Positions 48,057 through 57,512 of a DNA stretch of 64,000 nucleotides are shown in pieces. The stretch is from an uncultured Anaerolinea sp. (lineage in GTDB: Bacteria > Chloroflexota > Anaerolineae > Anaerolineales > UBA4823): the NCBI GenBank assembly GCA_964503625.1, contig CAZDAU010000002.1, forward strand, positions 32,768 through 96,767, given 5' to 3'. Positions within the stretch are counted from its first letter, which is position 1. The number at the start of each line of letters is the position of its first letter. The notes under the pieces are model-generated. The model saw nothing but the letters and a program-made list of their open reading frames with translations. It did not search any database and was not told where the DNA came from. Position numbers and translations under genes: made by a program.

Positions 48057-50966
48057 TTGAGATCTGGGGATCAGCGCATTAACAACATCCAACATCATAG
48101 AAATTTATCGCTGACAGGCGCATTGCTGATTTTGGTCTGCCTGTTGTCTGGCGCTGGCGGTATGGCGTATGCGGTGGGAAGTGACGCGCCCACGATGTTT
48201 CTTCCCTTGATCTTGCGCAGCATGCCAATCCAGTTCGATACACCCATTTGGGCGCATGATCACGTGCCGGCTGCGCATGAAGTCGTTTTGTTTCGCCGCT
48301 CCTTTCGCTTGAGCAGATCGTTGGAGGCTGCAGAGCTGGAAATCTTCGCCGATACACGCTACGAAGCCTGGCTGGATGGCGTCTGGCTGGGGCGCGGCCC
48401 GGCGCGTTTTTCACGGACTTTGCGCGAGTATGATACATTGCCTTTGGGCACGCTTGCGCCTGGGGATCACACGATTGCTGTCCTGGTGCAGTGGGCGCCC
48501 AATAATCGCCGCTCGGAATCTGTCACACCCATGCTGTTGGCTCACGTGCAAGGCCGGATCGAAGGCAGGCTGGTCAACCTGGTGCAGACCGGCTCTGATT
48601 GGAAAGTTTATCTCTCCAGCGCCTGGAATGCCTCCGCCCAACCGGTCGATACGCGTTTGTTGATCGGGCCGACCGAATTGCTGGACTTCCGTCTATTGCC
48701 CATCGATTGGAACCGGCCTGGCTATCGCGATAGCCATTGGTCCCAGGCCACCCCCCGCAGCGCTGCATCCCAACCAGCTCAGCCAGTCACATATGCGCCG
48801 CGCTCGATCTTGCCGCTTGAAAATATCGCTGTGCCGATAGCAATCCATGACGCCGGCTTGCTTTCGCCTGGGTTCTTGGTTGGGGAGTTGGTCCCACCGC
48901 TGACCACCCCTTTTGTTTTGCAGTTTTCAACCGCGCAGACCCTGGGATGGGTGATCGAGACGCTCTCGGCTCAGGCCCCGGAAATTGGGCTTTTCAAGCT
49001 GGATGGTCAGGATCTGGATTGGGCAGCGGCTGGCTCTGCTCGCCCGGATGTTTACTATGCTTCGACCCAACTGAATGCTGGCGACCATCGCCTGGTGATC
49101 AGCGCGATCCCGGCCAATGGGCTTACATTTAGCGTGTCTGGATCGGGAGTCGCCTACCGCAACTTTCCGTTCCAGCAAGGCTGGCATGCTGGCAGGCGCC
49201 TGCTGCTGGCTGAGCCACGCAGCGACCCTGGACAGGTTCAAACGGTTCAAGCGCCAGGTGGATGGAGCCTGGCGCTCAATGCCCTCCCTGCCTATGTTGT
49301 TCTGGATCTGGGCCGGACGGTTCACGGCAGAATCGCCGCCGAGGTGAGCGGCGCAGCGGGTTCGGTTGTGGATATGGGCTGGGATGAGCGGCTAAGAACG
49401 AGCACAGGGCGCCCGTTGCCCTTTCCCGGCTCGATGTACCCAGAATGGAATCAAGTCGATTCTTGGGTGCTTGATGGCCAAAATCGCCAGCTCACCACGC
49501 TGGATGCCCGGGCTGGGCGTTACATCCTGGTTGCTGCCTGGGGTCAGGGTCCAGTGCAAATCAATGATCTGCGCGTCCTGGAAGAGCGTTATCCTCTGGT
49601 GCAGGTTGGAGAGTTTCACTCCCCTGACCCATTGCTCAACCGCATCTGGCAGACGGGCGTGGATACGCTATGGCTGAATATGACGGATGCTCTGACCGAT
49701 ACGCCCTGGCGCGAGCGCGGGCAATGGTGGGGAGATGCCTTTGTTGAAGATCGGGTGAGCCGGATTGCTTTTGGCGATACAGCTTTAATCCGACGCGGTT
49801 TGATCTATATGGCGGATGCAATGGCTAAAGATCCATCGCCGGCAATGGTCCCCAATAATGACGGGTTGCATATACTGGATTACACGATGCTGTGGGTGCA
49901 CACCCTGGCTTCTGATTTGGATGCGACCAACGACACAGACCTGGCGCGGCGACTCTTCCCATTGGTAAAGCAGTTTATGGAGCATTTGCAGGGTTTTGAA
50001 AACCCGCAGAGCCGGCTGTTGGACTTGCCTCGCCAGCATTGGACAAATACGGCTTATATCGATATTTTAGGCTTTGAAAGTCGCTCCGGTCAATCAGCAG
50101 CGTTGAATGCTTTGTATATCCAGACATTGTCTGAAGCTGCGCGCATCGCGGATTGGGTTGGAGATGCAGACCTGGCAGCTTTGTGGAGAACGCGCGCCTC
50201 AGAGACACAGGCCAGTCTGAACGCAGTTCTGTATCAACCGCTTGAGGGACATTATCTCAGCAGCATTTATGATGGGTTGCCAGTGCCTCCCACGGTTCAT
50301 GCCCAGGCCTGGCCCTTGGCATATAACCTTGCGCCGCAGGGCGAAGCGCCCCGGGCGGTGCAGGCGATGCTGGGTTTGCTTTCTGCTCAGCCTTCTGAAG
50401 CGAATCTGGGTGTCTATGGAATGTACTGGCTGCTGGAGGCGCTGGGCCAGGCGGGCTATATTGAAGAGGCCCTGCAGGTCATTCGCTTGTATTATGGCTA
50501 CTTATTGGACGCCGGCGCTACCACCTGGTGGGAAAGTTTCTCGGCTGAATCTCGCCCCGATGCCAGCTATTCGCATGGTTGGGGCGGCGCGCCCACCTGG
50601 TTCTTAACCACTTATGTGCTGGGTGCACAACGAATTGGTCCGGATGCGTGGCAGGTAAAGCCGGCATTTCATAGCGTTGATTCAGCCTCAGGGGTCTTGC
50701 CGCTTGCCGATGGCGTGTTGGAAGTCGCCTGGGATTGGGCTTCGTGCGATGAGTTTCACCTGCGCCTGCAGGCCGCGAAAGGCTCAAAAGGCCGGATTGT
50801 TGTTCCAAACCTGCACCCGGACCTGACCCTGGTCCTCGATGGAATCACCGTCTGGGAAAACGGCGCTGCGTTGACAGATCGCGTCGTTGCCCAAGAAGCA
50901 GAATTAGCTCTGGCGGTTGAGGCTGGTCAACATGAGGTGATTGGGCAGCTCCCGTGTTCGCCCTGA
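48057..50966 (+). CDS. Secreted GH78-like alpha-L-rhamnosidase family protein
   Basis: N-terminal hydrophobic signal or anchor. FRRSFRLSRSLEAAELEIFADTRYEAWLDGVWLGRGP is like the rhamnosidase N-domain. TDTPWRERGQWWGDAF matches the D-x-P-x-RER-x-GW-x-GD pattern, and YSHGWGGAPTWFLTTYVLG matches the six-hairpin domain. Confidence 0.7.
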   Translation: MRSGDQRINNIQHHRNLSLTGALLILVCLLSGAGGMAYAVGSDAPTMFLPLILRSMPIQFDTPIWAHDHVPAAHEVVLFRRSFRLSRSLEAAELEIFADTRYEAWLDGVWLGRGPARFSRTLREYDTLPLGTLAPGDHTIAVLVQWAPNNRRSESVTPMLLAHVQGRIEGRLVNLVQTGSDWKVYLSSAWNASAQPVDTRLLIGPTELLDFRLLPIDWNRPGYRDSHWSQATPRSAASQPAQPVTYAPRSILPLENIAVPIAIHDAGLLSPGFLVGELVPPLTTPFVLQFSTAQTLGWVIETLSAQAPEIGLFKLDGQDLDWAAAGSARPDVYYASTQLNAGDHRLVISAIPANGLTFSVSGSGVAYRNFPFQQGWHAGRRLLLAEPRSDPGQVQTVQAPGGWSLALNALPAYVVLDLGRTVHGRIAAEVSGAAGSVVDMGWDERLRTSTGRPLPFPGSMYPEWNQVDSWVLDGQNRQLTTLDARAGRYILVAAWGQGPVQINDLRVLEERYPLVQVGEFHSPDPLLNRIWQTGVDTLWLNMTDALTDTPWRERGQWWGDAFVEDRVSRIAFGDTALIRRGLIYMADAMAKDPSPAMVPNNDGLHILDYTMLWVHTLASDLDATNDTDLARRLFPLVKQFMEHLQGFENPQSRLLDLPRQHWTNTAYIDILGFESRSGQSAALNALYIQTLSEAARIADWVGDADLAALWRTRASETQASLNAVLYQPLEGHYLSSIYDGLPVPPTVHAQAWPLAYNLAPQGEAPRAVQAMLGLLSAQPSEANLGVYGMYWLLEALGQAGYIEEALQVIRLYYGYLLDAGATTWWESFSAESRPDASYSHGWGGAPTWFLTTYVLGAQRIGPDAWQVKPAFHSVDSASGVLPLADGVLEVAWDWASCDEFHLRLQAAKGSKGRIVVPNLHPDLTLVLDGITVWENGAALTDRVVAQEAELALAVEAGQHEVIGQLPCSP

Positions 50967-51001
50967 GGAAAGAAAATTGGATCAATGTTGTATGATAGAA
51001 T

Positions 51002-52480
51002 ATGATGACTGAACCTCTATGGACCTGCCGGGGAATGGAAATCATGACAGATTTTGTTAACTTGAAAGCATCCTTGCGGGTGCTGCTGGCAGTGCTCATC
51101 TTGCTGGCATTACTGCCTGCCTGGAATGCTGGCGAAGCCTCCACCCGGCCATCCACGCTCTATCAAACCGACCCGCCCTATGAGCTCTATCTGCCATTGA
51201 TTACTCGGAATTATCCGCGCCTGCCGAGCATCTTTGGCGTTGAAATGACCTCTCTGGATACGACCAAGGTCAATAATGCCAATAACGCCAACGCTTATTG
51301 GGCGCGTTATTTTAGCTTCTCCTGGGCAAGTATTGAGCCGGTGCGCACTGCAACCCCTACCTACAACTGGTCGGCTGTGGACGAGGCGGGTTTGATAAAC
51401 GCCTCTGCGAATGGTCTGAAAGTGGTGGCTACGGTCAAGTTTACCCCCAGTTGGGCGCAGAAATACCTGGGCGTTTCTTGTGGCCCAATGGCAGCCAATT
51501 CGATCGATGAGTTTGCCCAATTTATGCACAACCTGGTTGCGCGCTACAGCGTCCCTCCCTACAACATTAAGTATTGGGAAATTGGCAACGAAGTGGATAT
51601 CGATCCAGACCTGGTGCCACCCGATAGCATCTTCGGATGTTGGGGGGATGAGGCTGATTCCTATTATGGCGGCGGCTATTATGCGGATATGCTCCGGCAG
51701 GTTTATCCGGCCATGAAGTCGGCTGACGGCCAGGCGACCGTGATTATTGGCGGGCTTTTGCTGGATTGCGATCCGACGAACCCTCCACCCGGCAAGACTT
51801 GCAAGCCATCCCGTTTTCTGGAAGGTATTCTGCGCAATGGGGGCGGCGGATATTTTGATGCAGTCAGCTTTCACTCTTTTGCTTTATACCTGCCGGGGCA
51901 AATTTACGAGATGTCCGTGAGCTGGTCGGCGCGGGGCGGTGTTTTGTTGGGCAAGATCAGTTTCTTGCGCGAAGTGCTGGCAACCTATGGCTATAATAAG
52001 CCCTTGTACATCACCGAATCGTCTCTGGTGTGTCCGGAGTGGGTCGCAGAGTGCGGCGTTGTGAGCAGCGGCTTCCTGGAAGCTCAAGCAGATTACGTTG
52101 CCTGGTTGTATTTACGGAGCTGGGCGCAAGGACTCCCGGGAGTCATGTGGTACACCCTGGAAGATTCTGGCTGGCGCTCTTCGGGGCTGTATCTTTCCAG
52201 CACACCCAAGCCTGCTTATTACGCTTTGCAATTTGCTACCCGCGAATTGGACGAAGCACAGTTGGTTGGCTCTGTGAGTCAATATCCCACTCTGATTGGG
52301 TATGATTTTCGCTCCCCAGGGAAGCGCATCTGGGTGCTTTGGTCCCCCACTCGCACCGATACAGTGATCACTTTGCCGGCTGGCGTGGTGAATGTCTTTG
52401 ACAAATATGGCAACCCGCGCACGCCTGTAGCGGGCCAGCTCACGGTCAATTCTCCGGTTTATATTGAACTGACTCCTTAA
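51002..52480 (+). CDS. Secreted clan GH-A (beta/alpha)8 glycoside hydrolase-like protein
   Basis: Signal-like LRVLLAVLILLALLPAWNAGEAS. Acid/base-type motif YWEIGNEVD and nucleophile-type LYITESS. The true start may be ATG 51035 or 51044. Confidence 0.55.
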   Translation: MMTEPLWTCRGMEIMTDFVNLKASLRVLLAVLILLALLPAWNAGEASTRPSTLYQTDPPYELYLPLITRNYPRLPSIFGVEMTSLDTTKVNNANNANAYWARYFSFSWASIEPVRTATPTYNWSAVDEAGLINASANGLKVVATVKFTPSWAQKYLGVSCGPMAANSIDEFAQFMHNLVARYSVPPYNIKYWEIGNEVDIDPDLVPPDSIFGCWGDEADSYYGGGYYADMLRQVYPAMKSADGQATVIIGGLLLDCDPTNPPPGKTCKPSRFLEGILRNGGGGYFDAVSFHSFALYLPGQIYEMSVSWSARGGVLLGKISFLREVLATYGYNKPLYITESSLVCPEWVAECGVVSSGFLEAQADYVAWLYLRSWAQGLPGVMWYTLEDSGWRSSGLYLSSTPKPAYYALQFATRELDEAQLVGSVSQYPTLIGYDFRSPGKRIWVLWSPTRTDTVITLPAGVVNVFDKYGNPRTPVAGQLTVNSPVYIELTP

Positions 52481-53952
52481 TGCTGCATCACTGGTTAGTC
52501 CGCGCTCGCCGCAAGCCCTGGCTTCGCTATGCGGGAATCTTGCTGTACCTTAGCGTGGCGACGGGAGCCCTTTACGCTCGGTATGCTGATTGGGCTTATG
52601 ATGACGCTTACATTTCCTATCGCTATGTGCAGAATCTGATCCGTGGCGCAGGCTTCGTCTACAACCCTGGCGAGCAGGTCCTTAGCACCACGACGCCACT
52701 GTATGTTCTTGTTTTAGCAATCCTGTCGCCTTTCTCAAGAGATCTGCCACACCTTTCTAACCTGGTTGGTTCGTTCTGCCTGGCGTTGGGCGGTCTGTTG
52801 CTGTGGGATTTGGCGCGTTCCTGGAAAACCCCGCTGGCCGGTTGGACTGCGCTGGCATTGTATCCCGGTTTTCCTCTCCTGGTAGTTACCCTGGGATCTG
52901 AAATGCCGTTGTATTTGGCGCTGTGCCTGGCAGCCCTGGCGGGTTATGGGCGCGCCCGTTATAACCTGGCTGCGGCTTTGGTCGCCCTTGCCACCCTGGC
53001 GCGCCCGGACGGGGCGCTATTGGCCTTGATCCTGGCGGCGCATTATTTGTTTTGGTTGCGCAAGCCAATACCCTGGCAGGCCGCTGGCTGGTATGCAGTG
53101 ATTGTGCTTCCCTGGCTGGTTTTTGCCTGGGTTTATTTTGGCTCGCCAGTCCCAGTGACCCTGGCGGCCAAACAGGCCCAGGGCTCGATGGTCATCAGCC
53201 AGCGCTTTGCGGCTGGTTTTTTCACCACGATCAACCCATTGATGCGCTGGCTTGTCTTTTGGCTTGAAATTATCCTGGCTGGCATAGGTTTCTTGCTTTC
53301 CTTTTGGATTTGGAAGCGCTGGAGGCTGCTCTGGGCCTGGACGGCGCTATATTTTGTGGGTTACAGCCTGCTGGGCGTGAGCCGCTATTTCTGGTATTAT
53401 GCCCCTTTGGTGCCTGGATTTATAGCTGCAATTGGACTGGGCGTTGCCACTCTGGATCGACTGGCTTCATTCTGGCGCCGCGCTTCACCTGCGGTGGGCT
53501 ATGCTGCAAACCTGCTGGTTGGCCTGGTCTTTCTAACCCTGGTGGTGGGGCAGGCGCAAAAAACATGGCGGCAGGCGCAATTGAACGATGTGCGATACAC
53601 GGTCTTTCGAAAGGTGGGAGAATGGTTGGCGATGAACACTCCCCAGGATGCCTCGGTGGCCGCCCTGGAAATTGGCGTGATCGGTTATTATGCTGGCCGG
53701 CCGGTGGTTGATTTTGCCGGGCTGGTGCAGCCGGAGGTGGCATCCCTGTTGCTTGGGGCCAACACCTACGAAGGCGCAGCCCAATGGGCCATGGAACGCT
53801 ACCGGCCAGACTATTTGGTTTTGCGCGAGATGGTATTTCCCAATTTAGAGGCGGGTTACATTGCGCGTTCCTGTCGTGAAGTGAAATATTTTTCTGCCAC
53901 CGCTGCCTATCCTTACTCATATTCAATTTATGCCTGTGATTCAGACAGTTGA
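52480..53952 (+). CDS. GT-C-like polytopic membrane protein (putative polyprenyl-phosphate-sugar dependent glycosyltransferase)
   Basis: 490 aa. First-loop motif WAYDDAYISYRYVQNL, more than 10 TM segments and a short soluble C-terminus. Confidence 0.55.
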   Translation: MLHHWLVRARRKPWLRYAGILLYLSVATGALYARYADWAYDDAYISYRYVQNLIRGAGFVYNPGEQVLSTTTPLYVLVLAILSPFSRDLPHLSNLVGSFCLALGGLLLWDLARSWKTPLAGWTALALYPGFPLLVVTLGSEMPLYLALCLAALAGYGRARYNLAAALVALATLARPDGALLALILAAHYLFWLRKPIPWQAAGWYAVIVLPWLVFAWVYFGSPVPVTLAAKQAQGSMVISQRFAAGFFTTINPLMRWLVFWLEIILAGIGFLLSFWIWKRWRLLWAWTALYFVGYSLLGVSRYFWYYAPLVPGFIAAIGLGVATLDRLASFWRRASPAVGYAANLLVGLVFLTLVVGQAQKTWRQAQLNDVRYTVFRKVGEWLAMNTPQDASVAALEIGVIGYYAGRPVVDFAGLVQPEVASLLLGANTYEGAAQWAMERYRPDYLVLREMVFPNLEAGYIARSCREVKYFSATAAYPYSYSIYACDSDS

Positions 53953-53963
53953 CAGCCAGGATT

Positions 53964-53972
53964 TGCTATAAT
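53964..53972 (+). promoter_or_regulatory. Extended -10 promoter element TGCTATAAT upstream of rmlCBAD
   Basis: Exact TGCTATAAT in the spacer 53953-54009, about 38 nt before the rmlC ATG. Confidence 0.5.
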
Positions 53973-54009
53973 CGGGTGGATTGGACAAAAGCATAGATAT
54001 GGAGTCTTG

Positions 54010-54558
54010 ATGCAGTTTCTGCCCACTGAAATCCCTGATGTTCTGATTATTGAGCCTGCCTTGTTTGGAGATGAGCGCGGCTTTTTCATGGAAACGTATC
54101 GGGAAGAGCGTTTCGCCCAAATGGGCATCGGGGTGCGTTTTGTGCAAGACAATCACTCAGGATCGAGGCAGGGCGTTTTGCGCGGCTTGCACTACCAGGT
54201 TGTTCAGCCGCAGGGTAAGCTGGTGCGCGTCGTTGTTGGTGAAGTGTTTGATGTGGCCGTGGATATCCGGCGCAGTTCGCCCACATTTGCACGCTGGGTA
54301 GGAGCGCGCTTGTCAGCTCAGAATCGGCGCCAGATCTGGATTCCGCCCGGCTTTGCTCATGGCTTTTACGTTTTGAGCGAGTGGGCTGAGATCATTTATA
54401 AAGCCAGTGATTACTACGCACCTCAAGGTGATCGCACCTTGCTTTGGAATGATCCCACCGTCGGGATTGATTGGCCTTTATTGCAAGGATTGCCTCCCGC
54501 GCTCTCGCCCAAGGATCTCAAGGGCTCGGTTTTGGAAGAAGCAGAATTGTTTGATTGA
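54010..54558 (+). CDS. rmlC: dTDP-4-dehydrorhamnose 3,5-epimerase
   Basis: FLPTEIPDVLIIEPALFGDERGFFMETY...RGLHYQ...GKLVRVVVGEVFDVAVDIR. A GGAG Shine-Dalgarno lies 5 nt upstream of ATG 54010. Confidence 0.93.
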   Translation: MQFLPTEIPDVLIIEPALFGDERGFFMETYREERFAQMGIGVRFVQDNHSGSRQGVLRGLHYQVVQPQGKLVRVVVGEVFDVAVDIRRSSPTFARWVGARLSAQNRRQIWIPPGFAHGFYVLSEWAEIIYKASDYYAPQGDRTLLWNDPTVGIDWPLLQGLPPALSPKDLKGSVLEEAELFD

Positions 54559-54577
54559 GGGAAGAAAATTGAGAAAC

Positions 54578-55690
54578 ATGCGCAATGTTTTAGTCACCGG
54601 GGGTGCCGGTTTCATTGGCTCAAATTTTATCCGCTACCTGTTATCGGCCGACCCGCAGGTGCAGATCTTTAATTTGGATGCGCTGACCTATGCAGGCAGC
54701 CTGGAAAACCTGAAAGACTTACCAGATCCGAAACGCCATCACTTTATCCAGGGTGATATTTGTGACCGAGACCTGGTGACCAGCCTGTTAACGCAATATC
54801 AGGTCGATACGATCGTCCATTTTGCCGCCGAGACGCACGTTGATCGCTCAATTCTGGGACCGGAGCAGTTCATCCGCACCAACGTTCATGGCACCTTCAC
54901 ACTGTTGGAGGCGTCGCGCCGTTATTGGTTAGTCGACCGGGCTTTCCCTGATGTCCAGAGAGCGGTGCGTTTTCATCACATTTCCACCGATGAAGTGTTT
55001 GGCACGCTTGGGCCGGATGATCCACCCTTTTCGGAAACCACCCCCTATGCGCCTCGCTCGCCCTATGCTGCTTCCAAAGCCGCCAGCGACCACCTGGTGC
55101 GCGCTTACGGTCACACCTATGGCTTGCCGTATACGATCACCAATTGCTCGAATAACTATGGACCTTACCAGTTTCCGGAGAAGCTCATCCCACTGATGAT
55201 CCTGAACGCTTTGCATGGCCGCCCGCTGCCGGTGTATGGAGACGGCCAGCAGATACGCGATTGGCTGTATGTTGAAGATCATTGCGAGGCAATTCTTTCC
55301 GTTTTGCGAGACGGGCAGGTCGGCAAAGCTTATATTGTGGGCGGCGGCAACCAGCCCACCAACTTAAGCGTGGTTCACGAGATCTGCGATATTTTAGACG
55401 AGCTCCAGCCGAATTCGCCTTATAACCCCCATGAACAACTGATTCAGTATGTGCAAGATCGTCCCGGCCATGACCGGCGCTACGCCATGGATATCACTCA
55501 CATCCAGCGTGAGCTGGGCTGGCAACCGCGCCAGTCTCTGGCAAGCGGGCTGGCCAGGACTGTCCAGTGGTACTTGAAAAACCCATCCTGGGTCGATGCC
55601 ATCCGCCAGCAGCAGGATTATCAAGGCTGGCTGGCGAAGAATTATGACGGCCGGGATACAACTTCCGGGCAAGGCCAGGTGCAAAGATGA
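54578..55690 (+). CDS. rmlB: dTDP-glucose 4,6-dehydratase
   Basis: [14 protein letters not shown]...[11 protein letters not shown]...STDEVFG...[16 protein letters not shown]. Start at ATG 54578; the ORF-track start 54407 overlaps rmlC. Confidence 0.93.
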   Translation: MRNVLVTGGAGFIGSNFIRYLLSADPQVQIFNLDALTYAGSLENLKDLPDPKRHHFIQGDICDRDLVTSLLTQYQVDTIVHFAAETHVDRSILGPEQFIRTNVHGTFTLLEASRRYWLVDRAFPDVQRAVRFHHISTDEVFGTLGPDDPPFSETTPYAPRSPYAASKAASDHLVRAYGHTYGLPYTITNCSNNYGPYQFPEKLIPLMILNALHGRPLPVYGDGQQIRDWLYVEDHCEAILSVLRDGQVGKAYIVGGGNQPTNLSVVHEICDILDELQPNSPYNPHEQLIQYVQDRPGHDRRYAMDITHIQRELGWQPRQSLASGLARTVQWYLKNPSWVDAIRQQQDYQGWLAKNYDGRDTTSGQGQVQR

Positions 55691-56574
55691 AAGGTATTAT
55701 TTTGGCTGGCGGGCACGGCACCCGCCTGTATCCACTCACGCTGGGCATCAGCAAGCAGATGCTGCCGGTATATGACAAGCCAATGATTTACTACCCGCTA
55801 TCCATGCTGATGCTGGCGGGCATCCGCCAAATCCTGGTCATCAGCACCCCAGAAGCTTTGCCAGTATTTGAAGCAATGCTGAGCGATGGCAGCCAGTGGG
55901 GTTTGCGTTTTTCTTACACGGCCCAAAACGAGCCGCGTGGCCTGGCGGAGGCGTTCCTGGTTAACCCGGAATTCATTGGCCAGGACCCGGTCTGCTTGAT
56001 CCTTGGAGACAATATCTTCTATGGCCAGGGGCTGCCGGCCAAGTTGCAAAAAGCTGCACAATTGGAGCAAGGGGCGCTCATTTTTGCCTACCCGGTGCGC
56101 GACCCTGAGCGTTACGGTGTGGTGGAGTTTGACGAGACTGGCAAAGCGCTGAGCATTGAAGAGAAACCCTTGAAGCCGCGTTCCCACTATGCTGTGCCAG
56201 GTCTGTATTTTTATGATAACAGCGTGGTAGAGATTGCCCGTAACCTTAAACCATCTCCGCGCGGCGAGCTGGAGATCACCGACGTGAACCAGGTGTACCT
56301 GGATCGCGGTGAGCTGCGGGTAGATGTGATGGGGCGCGGCGTTGCCTGGCTGGATGCAGGGACGCATGAGTCGCTGCTTCAGGCAGCCAACTTTGTCCAG
56401 GCGGTGGAAGAGCGCCAGGGGATGATGATCTCTTGCCCGGAAGAAATCGCCTACCGCCGGGGTTTTATTACCAGGCAGGATCTGCGTAACCTGGCAGAGC
56501 GCTATCGGGGCAACCAATATGGCAACTACCTGTTGCGCCTGGCGCAAGACGACCTGCCCTTCCTCAACAGCTAA
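55687..56574 (+). CDS. rmlA: Glucose-1-phosphate thymidylyltransferase
   Basis: [57 protein letters not shown] overlap with rmlB. Confidence 0.95.
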   Translation: MKGIILAGGHGTRLYPLTLGISKQMLPVYDKPMIYYPLSMLMLAGIRQILVISTPEALPVFEAMLSDGSQWGLRFSYTAQNEPRGLAEAFLVNPEFIGQDPVCLILGDNIFYGQGLPAKLQKAAQLEQGALIFAYPVRDPERYGVVEFDETGKALSIEEKPLKPRSHYAVPGLYFYDNSVVEIARNLKPSPRGELEITDVNQVYLDRGELRVDVMGRGVAWLDAGTHESLLQAANFVQAVEERQGMMISCPEEIAYRRGFITRQDLRNLAERYRGNQYGNYLLRLAQDDLPFLNS

Positions 56575-56627
56575 ATGCTTCCCGGGTTGAGAGCATTAGA
56601 ACAAGCCTTGCCGTCAATACCTTCACC

Positions 56628-57512
56628 ATGAATGTGATTCTCTTGTTGGGCAAACAGGGTCAGTTAGGTTGGGAGCTTAACCGGGCTTTGCTTCCGCTGG
56701 GTAGAATAATTGCTCTGGATATGCCGGAGATCGATGTTTCGGACCGCTCTGCAATGGATCGTCTGGTTAAAGATCTGCGTCCGGCTGTGATCTTGAATGC
56801 TACGGCTTACACCGCAGTTGACCGCGCCGAAAGCGAGCCGGAGCTGGCGCTGGCGGTGAACGGCAGCGCGCCCGGTGTTTTGGCCGAAGCCGCAGTTGCT
56901 GTTGGCGCGGCCGTGATCCATGTTTCCACCGATTACGTCTTTGATGGCGTCAAAGGCGCACCCTATGTTGAGACAGACGAGCCAAACCCGCTGAGCGTTT
57001 ACGGGCAGAGTAAGCTGGCCGGTGAGCAGGCGATTGCTCAGGTGGATGGAGCTTACATCATCCTGCGCACAAGCTGGCTGTACAGCCTGCGACGCGACAG
57101 CTTCGTAACCAAGGTTCTGGGTTGGGCTCGTCAACAGGCCTCTCTGCGGGTAGTTTCTGATCAGATTGGCAACCCAACCTGGGCGCGGCCCTTTGCAGAG
57201 GCCATTGCCCAACTGCTTGCGATGGGCAGCCGTGACATTGCAGCCTGGTTGCGGGAGCGCAAGGGCATCTACCACCTGGCGGGAGATGGTTACGCCAGCC
57301 GTCTTGAGTGGGCGCAGCAGATCCTGCGCTGCGATCCGCACCCCGAAGAGCAAGTGGTTCAGGAACTCTTGCCTGCGCTGACGGCTGAATTTCCTACCCC
57401 TGCTAAGCGGCCGTTGTTCTCTGCCCTGGATTGCAGACGGTTTACCGACACGTTTGGATTACGCCTGCCGCCCTGGCAGCTGGCTCTAAAACTGGCGATG
57501 CAAATGGAATGA
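56628..57512 (+). CDS. rmlD: dTDP-4-dehydrorhamnose reductase
   Basis: ILNATAYTAVDRAESEPELALAVNGSAPGVLAEAA...VIHVSTDYVFDG...PYVETDEPNPLSVYGQSKLAGE. Confidence 0.92.
   Translation: MNVILLLGKQGQLGWELNRALLPLGRIIALDMPEIDVSDRSAMDRLVKDLRPAVILNATAYTAVDRAESEPELALAVNGSAPGVLAEAAVAVGAAVIHVSTDYVFDGVKGAPYVETDEPNPLSVYGQSKLAGEQAIAQVDGAYIILRTSWLYSLRRDSFVTKVLGWARQQASLRVVSDQIGNPTWARPFAEAIAQLLAMGSRDIAAWLRERKGIYHLAGDGYASRLEWAQQILRCDPHPEEQVVQELLPALTAEFPTPAKRPLFSALDCRRFTDTFGLRLPPWQLALKLAMQME

Noticed and set aside
53949-53954. TTGACA hexamer upstream of the rml TGCTATAAT box, considered as a -35 element.
   Set aside because: - The spacer to TATAAT is only 12 nt, incompatible with a sigma-70 -35/-10 pair.
- The extended -10 reading does not need it, and the hexamer overlaps the upstream stop codon.
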